Of a stretch of DNA of 64,000 bases, positions 8,405 through 18,600 are shown piece after piece (the first letter of the stretch is position 1; each line of letters opens with the position of its first letter). Source of the stretch: Minisyncoccota bacterium. Its GTDB lineage: Bacteria; Patescibacteriota; Minisyncoccia; Phycocordibacterales; XYD1-FULL-46-19. The notes beneath the pieces were generated by a model, which was not told where the DNA came from, did no database searches, and saw only the letters and a program-made list of their open reading frames with translations. The position numbers and the translations under genes are program-made. The DNA lies in contig JBBDJY010000013.1 in assembly GCA_040879645.1 (NCBI GenBank), forward strand, positions 30,366 to 94,365, given 5' to 3'.

Positions 8405-10216
8405 TTACTGACTGTTATTAAATTCGTCCTTGGCTTTTTTAATCGCCAGAAGTTGCGACGGATCGGAAGTGATAATTTGATCTTCGGTATAAGAAGCAAT
8501 GATTTTAATCGCCACTCGTTTCAGGCCGGCAAAAAAGATACCCTCACCGACACTTGATTCCAATAATAGAAACTTTTCTTCCTCGGTTAAATTGAAAGTC
8601 TTTTGCACCAAGTCAATGGTGGCCGGTGATTGCTTTAAAATGAGTTGAATTGATGAGTTGGTGATAATCGGCGTACCGTAAGGCGAACGGAGGAAATCAC
8701 CGACATCCTGGGTAATGGTCGCCACCCCCAAAAAGTATTTTCGGCCGCGTTTAACCAAAGAAAAGAGAAAAGAAGCGGTATCTTCTTGTTTCATCATCCA
8801 CCAAGCCTCATCAACCACCAAGAGGCGTTTTTTTAAGTTGCGTCGGATAGTATTCCAGATATGATGCATTACGATATACATTGCCACCGGTTTTAATTCG
8901 TCTTCCATATCTCGGACGGAAAAAACAACCATATTTTTATTGATATCGACATTGGTCGGCCGGTTGATAAAACCGGACCAAGTGCCTTGAGTATATTTAC
9001 CCAAGCGCTGGGCCAAGGACTCCCCGCCTTCCATTCCGGCCAAGACCAATTCCAAGTCGGACAAAAGCGGTGCCGGTTTGTTGGTAAAATCGGAATCGGC
9101 GGTAATATCTTTTAAGGCGTAAGTTTCGGTAATCGCCCGGTCAATGATTGAATCTTCTTCGGCTGACAATCCGCCGAGCATAATACGGAATAAGCCGACC
9201 AAGGTGATGGTGTTTGACCGCAAAACATCAGCCGGCGACTCGTCTTCGCGCGGGAAGGGTAAGTCAAAAGGATTGATATGGTGTTCGGAGGTCAGTGAAA
9301 CATTAAAATAACGCCCACCAACGGCTTCGGCTAAAAATTCGTATTCTCGTTCCGGGTCAATAACAATGACATCGGTTTCGTACATGAGACTGCGCAAAAT
9401 TTCCAACTTGGTGGCATAAGATTTACCGGCGCCGGATTTGGCAAAAATGACCGAATTGTAATTTTCCAACGAGAAGCGGTCAAAAAGCACCAATGATGAA
9501 TTGTGGCGATTAATACCGTAAAGAATTCCCTTATTGGAAGTCAGGTCAAAAGAAACAAACGGAAACAGACTAGATAGTGGTGAGGAGTTTAATTTGGAAT
9601 TTATCCCCAAAAGATCTTTGGCGATGGGAATCGTGCTCTTGAAACCGGCTTCTTGTTGGAATAGGGCCGGTTTTAAATAAACCAATTTGGAATCCAAGAT
9701 TGATTTCAGATCCGATTCGGTATTGTCCAAATCATCTTCATCTTCGCCATAAATGGTAACATATAAACCGACATCAAAGATTTTTTCTTGAGCTTGTTGG
9801 AGTTGATTACGCAAGTTTTCAATGTCTTCATGGGCGGTGTCCAATTTAGGGTCTCGAACATAACCTTTTTCTTCCCGGATACTGATTTGACTTTGGACTT
9901 CAGCCAGTTTTTTTTGCAATTGCTTTAAAGCCAAACTGGAATCAATCGGGTGGATAAAAATAGACACATCAAAAACCCGATCCAAGTTAATCACCGGCGA
10001 AAACCACTCCTCGTTTAAGAAACGAGGATAAGAGATAACAAACATCGTTCGGGCCATTTTTTCGCCCAAATTAAGGTTTTTTGGACTGATTTTAAGGGCC
10101 GAGGGAGCGATAATATCACGCAATTGCAAAACTCCCATCTCATAGATGTCTTGCGGTAAGACCGGGGTGATAAATTCCTCGGCCTGTGATTGTTTTTTTC
10201 TGCCGAATAAAGCCAT
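8405..10216 (-). CDS. VirB4/TraC-like (DUF87) P-loop ATPase
   Basis: Walker A AKSGAGKS, VIVIDPEREY, INPFD, Walker B LLVVDEAW, RGRKY, ATITQD. Probable start MALFG; the track starts at 10237. Confidence 0.9.
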   Translation of the reverse strand: MALFGRKKQSQAEEFITPVLPQDIYEMGVLQLRDIIAPSALKISPKNLNLGEKMARTMFVISYPRFLNEEWFSPVINLDRVFDVSIFIHPIDSSLALKQLQKKLAEVQSQISIREEKGYVRDPKLDTAHEDIENLRNQLQQAQEKIFDVGLYVTIYGEDEDDLDNTESDLKSILDSKLVYLKPALFQQEAGFKSTIPIAKDLLGINSKLNSSPLSSLFPFVSFDLTSNKGILYGINRHNSSLVLFDRFSLENYNSVIFAKSGAGKSYATKLEILRSLMYETDVIVIDPEREYEFLAEAVGGRYFNVSLTSEHHINPFDLPFPREDESPADVLRSNTITLVGLFRIMLGGLSAEEDSIIDRAITETYALKDITADSDFTNKPAPLLSDLELVLAGMEGGESLAQRLGKYTQGTWSGFINRPTNVDINKNMVVFSVRDMEDELKPVAMYIVMHHIWNTIRRNLKKRLLVVDEAWWMMKQEDTASFLFSLVKRGRKYFLGVATITQDVGDFLRSPYGTPIITNSSIQLILKQSPATIDLVQKTFNLTEEEKFLLLESSVGEGIFFAGLKRVAIKIIASYTEDQIITSDPSQLLAIKKAKDEFNNSQ

Positions 10217-10217
10217 A

Positions 10218-10859
10218 TTAAGTGGCGCTCGGGACATCCCGTTCGCCCGGATTAAAGACTCGGAAATATAATTCGACCAGTTCTTCAGTCCCTAAAATGG
10301 CGGTATTAACGCCAAAACGGCTTAAACCTTGTTCAATGACGCTCATCCGCTGTTCCAATTGAATCTTGTTTTCTTCAAACGGATCATCTCCTTGGTCGGT
10401 TTTTGGCCGATCTTTTTTCCGGCCGAATGGTAATTTAGCCCAAAGTGAGTTGCGGTCTTGGAAAATCGGCGGTGAATAAGGAATGACGATGAAAAAATTT
10501 TTAGTCATTACTTTGGTTGATTGGGTAAAACTTTTGATAAACTCCATATATTCCCGGGTCTGAATTTTAATTAAATCATTGGTTTGGTTTTTTAAGCGTT
10601 CTTCAATCAGTTTCAAATATGGCCGAATATCCAATTTGCGTGATTGGATGAATATTTGGATGTCAAAATCCAAAGAATTAAGAAAATTTTGATATTGCAT
10701 AATAATCGCCGTTTGTTCGTCACTGGATTTAAGAGAAAAGTTAAGCGAGGAGGCAATCATCACCGCCCGAAAAGAACCGTCATTCAAGATAACAACCTGA
10801 TCGCGTATTTCTTTGATCGAGGTGAAGTCTTGGGTTGCTTTAGTGGTTTTATTAGCCAT
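10218..10859 (-). CDS. TraC-like / VirB4 N-terminal-domain-like protein
   Basis: Motif SSLNFSLKSSDEQ..I..YQNFLNSLDFDIQI. Lies between the PrgI and VirB4 genes. The probable ATG at 10859 overlaps the PrgI stop. Confidence 0.75.
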   Translation of the reverse strand: MANKTTKATQDFTSIKEIRDQVVILNDGSFRAVMIASSLNFSLKSSDEQTAIIMQYQNFLNSLDFDIQIFIQSRKLDIRPYLKLIEERLKNQTNDLIKIQTREYMEFIKSFTQSTKVMTKNFFIVIPYSPPIFQDRNSLWAKLPFGRKKDRPKTDQGDDPFEENKIQLEQRMSVIEQGLSRFGVNTAILGTEELVELYFRVFNPGERDVPSAT

Positions 10860-11263
10860 TATTTTACCTTTTCTTTTACATCTAAATTCCAAGATAGGTC
10901 TTCCAACCGGCTATTCGACAGTCGGGGCAGGGCCGGCTCATTACTGTTTTCTTTATTTCCGCCGACACTTTTGGTTTTAATTTTTTCTGATTTTCGCCAG
11001 ATATATAATTTAGCGGTGAGTAAGTAACGGAAGAACATTTCAACCACATGAATAAACGGTCGGTTGTTAACTTGGTAAAAAGCCAAAGCCAAACCGAAAG
11101 CGATAATTATAATCATCGGGATAATGGCCAAGTAAATAGGTAATAACGCGTAGAAAATAAAAGCCAAACCGCCACTACCGGCCAGGTAGAGAAATTGTTT
11201 AAAAGTTAGGGGGCCGAAGATTCGGTCCTCAATCTCAATAAATTGTGGCACTTGAAAATTCAT
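10859..11263 (-). CDS. PrgI-family (VirB3-like) protein
   Basis: QVPQFIEIEDRIFGPLTFKQF, two TMs, then NNRPF; this is the typical PrgI pattern. Confidence 0.85.
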   Translation of the reverse strand: MNFQVPQFIEIEDRIFGPLTFKQFLYLAGSGGLAFIFYALLPIYLAIIPMIIIIAFGLALAFYQVNNRPFIHVVEMFFRYLLTAKLYIWRKSEKIKTKSVGGNKENSNEPALPRLSNSRLEDLSWNLDVKEKVK

Positions 11264-11376
11264 TACCCGATACGCTTAATTGTAGCATTGATTGAAAACG
11301 GACTCAAAGCAAAATCGCCTGACAATACCCGATAATCGACGGTTTTTAATTAAAGTCCACCGGCTTTTCTTGTCGA

Positions 11377-11988
11377 TTACTCCAACGGTTCTTTATAGGG
11401 GTCTTTTTCTATCCTTTCTTTGGATAAGGCCAAGTTATCGGTATCACCATCATTTTGTTTTTCGGTTTTGTCTGGGTTTTCTTCGTCTTCAATATCGGCC
11501 CGCCGATTGGTAAATAACGAACTCATTTTTTCAGCAAAAATATCCCGCCGATTTTCTTCTCCACTTTCGTTTTCAGAAGGTTTTTGCTTGTCCCCGGCTT
11601 CTTTTTCAACTTCTTTGTTTTCCGCCGGTGGTTCGGCCGGCGGTGTCGCCACTGTCGGGTCTTCGACTTCAAAACCGCGGACTTTTTGTAAAGAATCTTT
11701 AACCGGTCGGAAAATTTTCTCGTCTATTTCTTTGGCAATTTCTCGGGCCAGATCATTGGATATATGTAGTCGGCGAGCCAAGTTGCCGATATATTGCCCC
11801 GGTCGAGTTAGGCCCATCATTACCAAGCCGGTTTCTTCGGCCAACTCACCCATTTGGTCCACATGCAGGTGGTGCTTGACGCTTGCCTGACGGATAATGT
11901 CAGCCGTTTCGACGGCGACAATGGCGTCTTTCAAGTCCGTCGGTAATTTTTTAAAGACTTCATCTAATTGTTCTTGAGTGTAGTCCAT
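11377..11988 (-). CDS. Conserved hypothetical protein (helical N-domain, acidic linker, C-terminal DPYKEP)
   Basis: 203 aa ORF co-oriented in the cluster, with no TM segment. Confidence 0.7.
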   Translation of the reverse strand: MDYTQEQLDEVFKKLPTDLKDAIVAVETADIIRQASVKHHLHVDQMGELAEETGLVMMGLTRPGQYIGNLARRLHISNDLAREIAKEIDEKIFRPVKDSLQKVRGFEVEDPTVATPPAEPPAENKEVEKEAGDKQKPSENESGEENRRDIFAEKMSSLFTNRRADIEDEENPDKTEKQNDGDTDNLALSKERIEKDPYKEPLE

Positions 11989-12004
11989 ATGATTGATTTG
12001 ATTA

Positions 12005-14623
12005 TTATGAATTTCCTAAGTCGGTTGGCGGGTTCTTTTTCTTGGCTTTCCGCGCCGCGCCGGCGGTACTCTCGAGATAAGCTCTAGCTTCCGGCATGCC
12101 GTTACCGGCTAGAATTTCCTTCTCGACTTTACCCCAAGTCCCACGGGAAATCCCCTCTCCTTGAGTGGCGGCTCTTTGAATGGCGGCGACATCCTCTTTG
12201 TTTAAGAGTTTGATGACCGCTTCATTTTCCAAAATTTGACTGTCGAGGGCCGCCACTTGTTTACTGCTCAGTTCATTTAATTGCGTGGTCAATCGGTTTA
12301 AGTCGATTGGCGCTCCGTCATTTTGATTTCTGATGGATTCCCCGATGCCATCCATAGCTTGGCGGACAGTATCACTTACTCCGACTTTTTTCATTTCGGT
12401 CACCAGTTTATTTTGGTCTTCAGCCGACAAAGAATATTTAAGACCGATATCTTTATTGGTTGTTGGATCAGCGGTTTCTTTGGTAATTTCTTCGGCCGCT
12501 TCCAAGTAGCCGGGTTCAACTTTTCTAGCGCCGGCGGTTATTTCTGTTTCCAATCCGGCCCGATCAGTATTACTTAAGTTGCCATATAGAATTTTGCGAT
12601 CGGCCGGATCCAAGGATACATAGAATTTACCTCGCTCTTCCCGATTTCCTTTATCTTGATATTCTCGTTTAAAGCGATTACCGATTTCTTTTTCTATGCT
12701 GTCTTTCTTTTCTCCCTTTAATCCTTGACGCAATTCCGTAAGGACATTAACCAATTCGGTATTACCCGATTGGCGGGCGGCCATTTCCATATCCGCCTTT
12801 TCGCGATCAGGTAGTCCTTCATACATCTTCTTTCGATCTTCTTTACCGCCAATCATTAAGAGTTTTTCACCAACATTCTTTAAGTACTCGGCCTTTTGTT
12901 CCGGATTCATACCCTTGGTGGTCTCCATTCTCCTTTCTTGGCGCTTCTTAAGGCGGTCTTCATAAGAGGTTTCGCCACCGAACTTCAGGCCGGCCGTCTT
13001 TTGAGCGGTCTTTTTGACTAAACCGCCGATAACCGGACTCTTGGCCGCCCAAGATTTGAGTCGATCTGAGCCGGCAATTTTATTAGCCGTTTTGCCGGCG
13101 GTATAGACACCGGCACCAGCAACAGTACCTATTCCGGCTTTCTTCCCCCACTTTTTTGAACGATCAACAGCAAAACCTTTAGCCCAACTCCCGCCGTGAG
13201 CACCGAGTTTGGAAGCGATGATAATCGCCGCTAAGAGAAAGCCGACGAGGAAGATGAACATAATAGTGTCTTGCAAAGCCCCACCCCAACCTTCGCTTGC
13301 GGCCATAATGTCATGGCGATTATCGGCAATTTTCAAAGTAATGAAAAGCATCACCATAAAGACCGGCGCGAATATCGCTTGATTAGTTAATTCTTTAACC
13401 CATTTGTCAAAAGTGTCCCCTTTCAATTTTGGTATGACATAACCGACAAAAGCCAAAGGTGCCAAGATAATTAACAGGAGGAGAATTATAGTACGGATGA
13501 TGAATAAAACGGCGGCGGCAAGAATAACCAAAGTGGTAACGATTATCAAAATAGACGAACCGAGTGCGCTGATAATAACTTTATCAAAACTCAAACCGCC
13601 GGTTTGACCAAAGACGGGCGCTTGGCCGGATTTAGCGCCAACGAATTGACTAGGACCGACACCGGTAATAAAAATAGCACTAATATCCGGCGCAGTGTTT
13701 CCATCTGTTTCTGTCCCGATATTATTGTAAAAAGAAACGGAAATAACATTGGAAACATCAATCACCACGCGAGTCAGGACGGCGCTAAAGTTGACCAAGA
13801 GGGCGATGATAATGATATGGCCGATCATTTTTTTGGCTTGGCCGCTGTTGATTTGCAAAATGGTGCTGATGGCGATATAAAGGAGGATAAAAATAAAAGC
13901 GATATTGGCCAGATCGCGGACCATCCGCCAACTTTCGGCGACAAAAGTCATATCAGCCAAATCTTTGAAATTAACGATTGATAATTGAATACTCCAATTA
14001 AAAAGTATGCCGGCGAAATCAAGGGCCAAACTTAAAAGCCATAAAGTTAAAGAGGCCAGCCAGGCGACTCCTTCAGTGATACAAGCTCCAATACTAAAAT
14101 TCGTCAAATTGGTGCAGGTAGACACCCCATCTCTCCTTATTTGATCAACAGCCGCAGTGCTTCCGCTCCAATCATCTTGGCGAACAGTAGATAAAGCTTG
14201 GTTGTTTTCCTCTATTTTTTCTCTAAAATCCTCTATGTTTTGTTGAAGTTCAGACAATCTTTGTTGTTCTTCCGAGGTGGCGGAGCGATTTTCTGCCGCG
14301 ATTTGTGATTGGATTGTTTCAATTTCATTTTGATTTTCTCCTAGCAACCTATTTAATTGCTCGTCGAGTCGTTGGTGCATCTCCTCTACTTCTTGGATAC
14401 TTTCTCTGTCCCGAAATATAGCGAGAAGAGGTCGATCAAACACCATGCCTATCATATAGTCGTCCGCGGTAAGTACCATATCCCAGATATCTCCCCAATT
14501 AATAAAAGCGGATGCCGGAATTGGTGCCGACAGAGTCAATGCCAATAAGGCAATAATTACTACCGTTTTTAAGTTTCGGCGGTTAATTGCCGAGAGTAAT
14601 TTCTTTGGTGATTGGATCGCCAT
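12005..14623 (-). CDS. VirB6/TrbL-like polytopic membrane protein with a long cytoplasmic tail
   Basis: Signal-like N-terminus, coiled coil, then WRMVRDLANIAFI..., IIIALLVNFS and IIRTIILLLLIILAPLAFV, about 7-8 TMs, and a charged C-terminus. Confidence 0.75.
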   Translation of the reverse strand: MAIQSPKKLLSAINRRNLKTVVIIALLALTLSAPIPASAFINWGDIWDMVLTADDYMIGMVFDRPLLAIFRDRESIQEVEEMHQRLDEQLNRLLGENQNEIETIQSQIAAENRSATSEEQQRLSELQQNIEDFREKIEENNQALSTVRQDDWSGSTAAVDQIRRDGVSTCTNLTNFSIGACITEGVAWLASLTLWLLSLALDFAGILFNWSIQLSIVNFKDLADMTFVAESWRMVRDLANIAFIFILLYIAISTILQINSGQAKKMIGHIIIIALLVNFSAVLTRVVIDVSNVISVSFYNNIGTETDGNTAPDISAIFITGVGPSQFVGAKSGQAPVFGQTGGLSFDKVIISALGSSILIIVTTLVILAAAVLFIIRTIILLLLIILAPLAFVGYVIPKLKGDTFDKWVKELTNQAIFAPVFMVMLFITLKIADNRHDIMAASEGWGGALQDTIMFIFLVGFLLAAIIIASKLGAHGGSWAKGFAVDRSKKWGKKAGIGTVAGAGVYTAGKTANKIAGSDRLKSWAAKSPVIGGLVKKTAQKTAGLKFGGETSYEDRLKKRQERRMETTKGMNPEQKAEYLKNVGEKLLMIGGKEDRKKMYEGLPDREKADMEMAARQSGNTELVNVLTELRQGLKGEKKDSIEKEIGNRFKREYQDKGNREERGKFYVSLDPADRKILYGNLSNTDRAGLETEITAGARKVEPGYLEAAEEITKETADPTTNKDIGLKYSLSAEDQNKLVTEMKKVGVSDTVRQAMDGIGESIRNQNDGAPIDLNRLTTQLNELSSKQVAALDSQILENEAVIKLLNKEDVAAIQRAATQGEGISRGTWGKVEKEILAGNGMPEARAYLESTAGAARKAKKKNPPTDLGNS

Positions 14624-17600
14624 TGTTGGTTGTACACCTTAACTGGTAATTGGTTTTTGGTTTGATGGTAATTGTTCCCGTCGTCGGCCGGAAATTAAAA
14701 AGGTATTTATTGAATTCATTCCTCTGAATAGTGTTTTCGTTAGTGGAACTGATGGTATTATTAATTGTTTGTTTAAAAGTCTCCACCATCCCGGCCTTAT
14801 CTCCGCCGTCTGCGTGAATTTGGATGGCGACGGAATAGGGATCTCTGGCTCCGGCTGAGGTTGAGTTGGCATTGGGGCCGAGAGCGATCCTAAAGGTGTC
14901 ATTACCTTGGATATCATCAGGCATGGTAATGGTCGTTATTTGATGACTGCCGTCATTGGCTGATTGGGAAATTACCGTCCCGGTAACAATTCGAGTGATA
15001 TCACCCGGTCTTTCTCGTAAAAAGTTAACACCGAAATTAAGCGGTAGAGTTATTTCTCTTTCTCCATTACTATCCAAAGTTTCACCATCGGTGACAATCG
15101 GAACAATCCCCGATCCGGTCGGATTACCGGCCGGCCAATTGTTATCGGCAACACAAGTGTCTATGCCTTGCCCTTCCCAGTTTAACACGGCGATGTTGTT
15201 GCCGGCGGCAATTTGATTGGCCGTCGGTTTGGCGATATTAAAAGTCAGTTCGGGTGCGGTGTAAGTTTCGCGATTACGCAATGATGATAAAACATCAAGA
15301 ATTCTCTGAATCATATCGCCGGCTCCTCCACCACCGGCGGCGGCGGCCGGACTGCCTCCCCCCCCACCGGTGCTTTGCGGTTTAAAACTCAAGACCTCTT
15401 GAGCGGTTGGTTCATTACCCGGCGCAAGATCACCCGGTTCGGGGTCGGTATAGAGTTCTTGTCGATAACTGAAAGCATCGGCCACGCTCTCTTTAACTTG
15501 AATTGCCGGCGTGGTAATTTCCCATTTGGCACAAGCTCCACTTGCTGTGGGTTCAATACAGTTTCTGATTGGTAGGTACCCTTGACCGGCGACCAGTTCA
15601 TTACGGAAGTTTTCCTCGGCCTGTCTTTGGCGCAAACTCAAAGCTGTTTGATTAAGCATAAAAGAGGTGGCCGGATTGTTGGCCTCAAACGGATTATTGA
15701 TGGCAATTAAGTTTTGGAAAACATCAGCGGAACCGGTATTGCCGGAAACAAAATTATTGTAAACTTCTCGGCTAATACTTGAGCGTGGAATGTCCGGTTG
15801 GCTGATTTGTCGGCGCAGGGCGGCGGCGGTTTCGGCCTTGAAAGCATCTCCCGATTCTTCTCCTTCGAGTTGGTCTAAATAGACTTGATTGGTTTCCGGT
15901 TGGATAACTTCTCTTAGATATCTTTCGGTGTCGGTAACATAGAGGGGCGATTCGGTACCTTCGCCATCAGTTTTGTGCCCCCGGTCGACCAAGTCGGCCA
16001 GTTCATGGCGGTATTGTTCAATATTACTGGCCGCTTGCCGGCGTAAATCGGGATTTTCCATTACCTCTCTTTGTTCGGCCGCCGTTTGGATGCGTTGGAT
16101 GGATTTTAGATACATACACATCTGGACAGTTAATTCCTGGATACTTTTAGTGCTTTCATCAATATTTTGATTGCTGGACAAAAGCGGACCGTCAACTTCT
16201 TTAACCGGAACATATAGACCACCACCTAAGCCGGGAATTAAATTAAGACCGGGAAGAGATAAACCGCCCAGTCCGCCGGTTAGGGCTTCAACCGCACCGC
16301 CAACCGCTTCTCCCAGTGGACCGGTTAAAGAACCGAGGTTTAATCCCCCGAGAACATTTTCGGTCATACTGCCTAAAGCGCCATTAAAAGCTTCACCGAC
16401 ACCGCCCAAGACATTATTAAAAACGCCGGTTACCGGATCTAATACCGTCCCCATCACCGAATCAACCACCTCATTTAAGGGGTCCAAGACCGTCCCCATG
16501 ACCGAATCAACCACATCATTCAGAGGCGCTAAAACACTGCCGGTAACCTGATTAATTAGACCGTTGGCCGAGCCTAAAAGCGAACCGGTTAAGTCATTTA
16601 CCGTTGTGTTTATAATATTACTGAATTGATTATTAACTCCGGCCATCAGTTGATTCATATTGGTCCCGCCCAAAATCTCGGTGACCGCTTGATTAACAAA
16701 ACCACCAGCCGAACCGCCAATCGAACCATTACCCAAGCCTTGGCTTAGTTGGGCAACAATCTCGTCAAGTGCCCCGCCGTTATCTTCCAGGACGGTGGCT
16801 AATTGTTCGCCGAATATACCGGTAAAATCTTCAGTCAATAAATTGTTTTGATTGTTGATACTGGCGACGGCTTGGGTGGATATTTCCGCCAATAAATCGT
16901 CATTTAATTGCTCCAATACTTGAGCGGTTAGGCCGTCAAGGCCGGCGGTTTCAGTAGTTAGAAAATCAAGGGTAGTTGCCGACAGGTCACGATTGAGAAT
17001 TTCCGGTAAATCCGTTTCAATCGCCCCGGGTAAATTTTCAGTCATCACTCTCTCCAGGGCGGTCGGCAACCCTTCTTCCAAAACACGGCCAAAAGCATCG
17101 GGTAAAGCTTGGTTAAGGGTTCGTTGCAGGGCATTGGGTAAATGAGTTTCAACTGAAGTGGTAAAAGTATCGCGGAATATTTGTTCAAAAGTTTCGGCGT
17201 CGATTGTTTGCCCGGGATTTAGATTTAGATTAGCGGCCAGGGCTTCTTCAAAACTCGGTCGGGTGGCCGTACCGAGACGAAGAAGGCGGGATAATTGATC
17301 CGGTAAATTGTTCTGAATTCCCCTCTCCAGTTCGGCCGGTAATCTTTCGGTTACTTCTCTCTCCAATTCAGCCGGTAAATGTTCATTAACCGTTTCTTGG
17401 GTGATGGTGGCCAGCCCGTTATGAGCGGCTTGACCCAGGGCCCCACCGACTTCACCACCGCCACCTAAGCCGGCTTGGGCTAAACACTCTTGCCGGTCCT
17501 CGTTTTGTAATTGCTCAATATAATCGGCTTCACTCTCCAGGGCTTCTTGGTCGGTGCCGGTCCTCTCTTCCAAACTTGGCATCGTTTCCAGATGTTGATT

Positions 17601-17723
17601 AGGGTCTTCCTCTTGGGCAAAAATATTTCTAACCGAGTCATTGAATACCGAGTAATAGATGAGGCCGGCACCGGCGCTTACCACCAGGGCGGTGATAATC
17701 ATTTTTTGTTTGGTCAGATTCAT
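14583..17723 (-). CDS. Large secreted or membrane-anchored protein (1046 aa) with amphipathic Gly/Leu repeats and a beta-rich C-terminus
   Basis: N-terminal TM, a low-complexity helical region, YVPV, and a G.GYL..RNC...C..WEITTP motif. Confidence 0.7.
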   Translation of the reverse strand: MNLTKQKMIITALVVSAGAGLIYYSVFNDSVRNIFAQEEDPNQHLETMPSLEERTGTDQEALESEADYIEQLQNEDRQECLAQAGLGGGGEVGGALGQAAHNGLATITQETVNEHLPAELEREVTERLPAELERGIQNNLPDQLSRLLRLGTATRPSFEEALAANLNLNPGQTIDAETFEQIFRDTFTTSVETHLPNALQRTLNQALPDAFGRVLEEGLPTALERVMTENLPGAIETDLPEILNRDLSATTLDFLTTETAGLDGLTAQVLEQLNDDLLAEISTQAVASINNQNNLLTEDFTGIFGEQLATVLEDNGGALDEIVAQLSQGLGNGSIGGSAGGFVNQAVTEILGGTNMNQLMAGVNNQFSNIINTTVNDLTGSLLGSANGLINQVTGSVLAPLNDVVDSVMGTVLDPLNEVVDSVMGTVLDPVTGVFNNVLGGVGEAFNGALGSMTENVLGGLNLGSLTGPLGEAVGGAVEALTGGLGGLSLPGLNLIPGLGGGLYVPVKEVDGPLLSSNQNIDESTKSIQELTVQMCMYLKSIQRIQTAAEQREVMENPDLRRQAASNIEQYRHELADLVDRGHKTDGEGTESPLYVTDTERYLREVIQPETNQVYLDQLEGEESGDAFKAETAAALRRQISQPDIPRSSISREVYNNFVSGNTGSADVFQNLIAINNPFEANNPATSFMLNQTALSLRQRQAEENFRNELVAGQGYLPIRNCIEPTASGACAKWEITTPAIQVKESVADAFSYRQELYTDPEPGDLAPGNEPTAQEVLSFKPQSTGGGGGSPAAAAGGGGAGDMIQRILDVLSSLRNRETYTAPELTFNIAKPTANQIAAGNNIAVLNWEGQGIDTCVADNNWPAGNPTGSGIVPIVTDGETLDSNGEREITLPLNFGVNFLRERPGDITRIVTGTVISQSANDGSHQITTITMPDDIQGNDTFRIALGPNANSTSAGARDPYSVAIQIHADGGDKAGMVETFKQTINNTISSTNENTIQRNEFNKYLFNFRPTTGTITIKPKTNYQLRCTTNNGDPITKEITLGN
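16444..16520 (-). repeat. Intragenic 45-bp (15-aa) tandem repeat, PLNxVVDSVMGTVLD
   Basis: ACCGTCCCCATSACCGAATCAACCAC occurs at 16444 and 16489. Confidence 0.85.
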
Positions 17724-17749
17724 TTTTAAAATAATTGATGATTCGGCAA

Positions 17750-18478
17750 TTAATCGTTATCAGAAATTATGCCGATACTGTCATAAATTTGGGCGGTTTC
17801 GTCTTTATTAAACATTATACCTTTTTTGGTAAAATAAACATTAATTCCTTCCACAGCTTGAAAAAATAAAGCGTAATTTTTAATATAAGCCTCGGCACTT
17901 TCCAACGCCAAAATCGGTTCGTCAAAAATAGCGCTCATATTATCAAGATTAATGGTTAATTGATGGATATTATTCAGTAAGCGTAAGTGGACAACTTGAG
18001 CGTCTTTTGGGATGGCTACTTGGCGGAGTTCATTTACCACCAATTCATTTAATTCTTTGGCTTTTACCAAGTTAGTCAAAAGTGATGGTTGAGACAGTCT
18101 GACGGCTTCCAACATTAAAACAATTTCGTTGTCGCGAGGCGCTTGATAGCGGTTTAAGATTTGGCCCATTTCCCGTCCGTATTGACGGAGGGTTTCGTCA
18201 TTGGAATTTTCAATAATATTAAGATCGGCCACGGTAAAATGAGGCCGGTTAAGGTTATCCTCAATGTCTGACAATTCCAGTAAGACGCCTTTGGCGGCCA
18301 AGTTTTTGGTGATTAAAGACTGTAAATCCCGGTCTTCTTTGATTAATTGAGCGTAATAATCCAGGCGCTCGGCTTCCCGCTTTTTTTCGGCCAAACCGCC
18401 AACCAACCAAAGCAAAATACCGCCGATTAAAACAATCAACAGCAATGACCAAATAATGATTTTTATTCTCATCACCAC
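17750..18478 (-). CDS. Membrane-anchored helical hypothetical protein; first gene of the cluster
   Basis: 242 aa with an N-terminal TM segment. Confidence 0.7.
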   Translation of the reverse strand: MVMRIKIIIWSLLLIVLIGGILLWLVGGLAEKKREAERLDYYAQLIKEDRDLQSLITKNLAAKGVLLELSDIEDNLNRPHFTVADLNIIENSNDETLRQYGREMGQILNRYQAPRDNEIVLMLEAVRLSQPSLLTNLVKAKELNELVVNELRQVAIPKDAQVVHLRLLNNIHQLTINLDNMSAIFDEPILALESAEAYIKNYALFFQAVEGINVYFTKKGIMFNKDETAQIYDSIGIISDND

Positions 18479-18600
18479 TATATTATGGCATAAATCAAGG
18501 GATTTTTATCTTCCTTTAAGATTTTAGGAGTGGATAAAATCGCTATTTTGTCGGCCGGAGAGGCGGAAAAGAAAATGAAAAAATGTTAAGATGAGTAATC

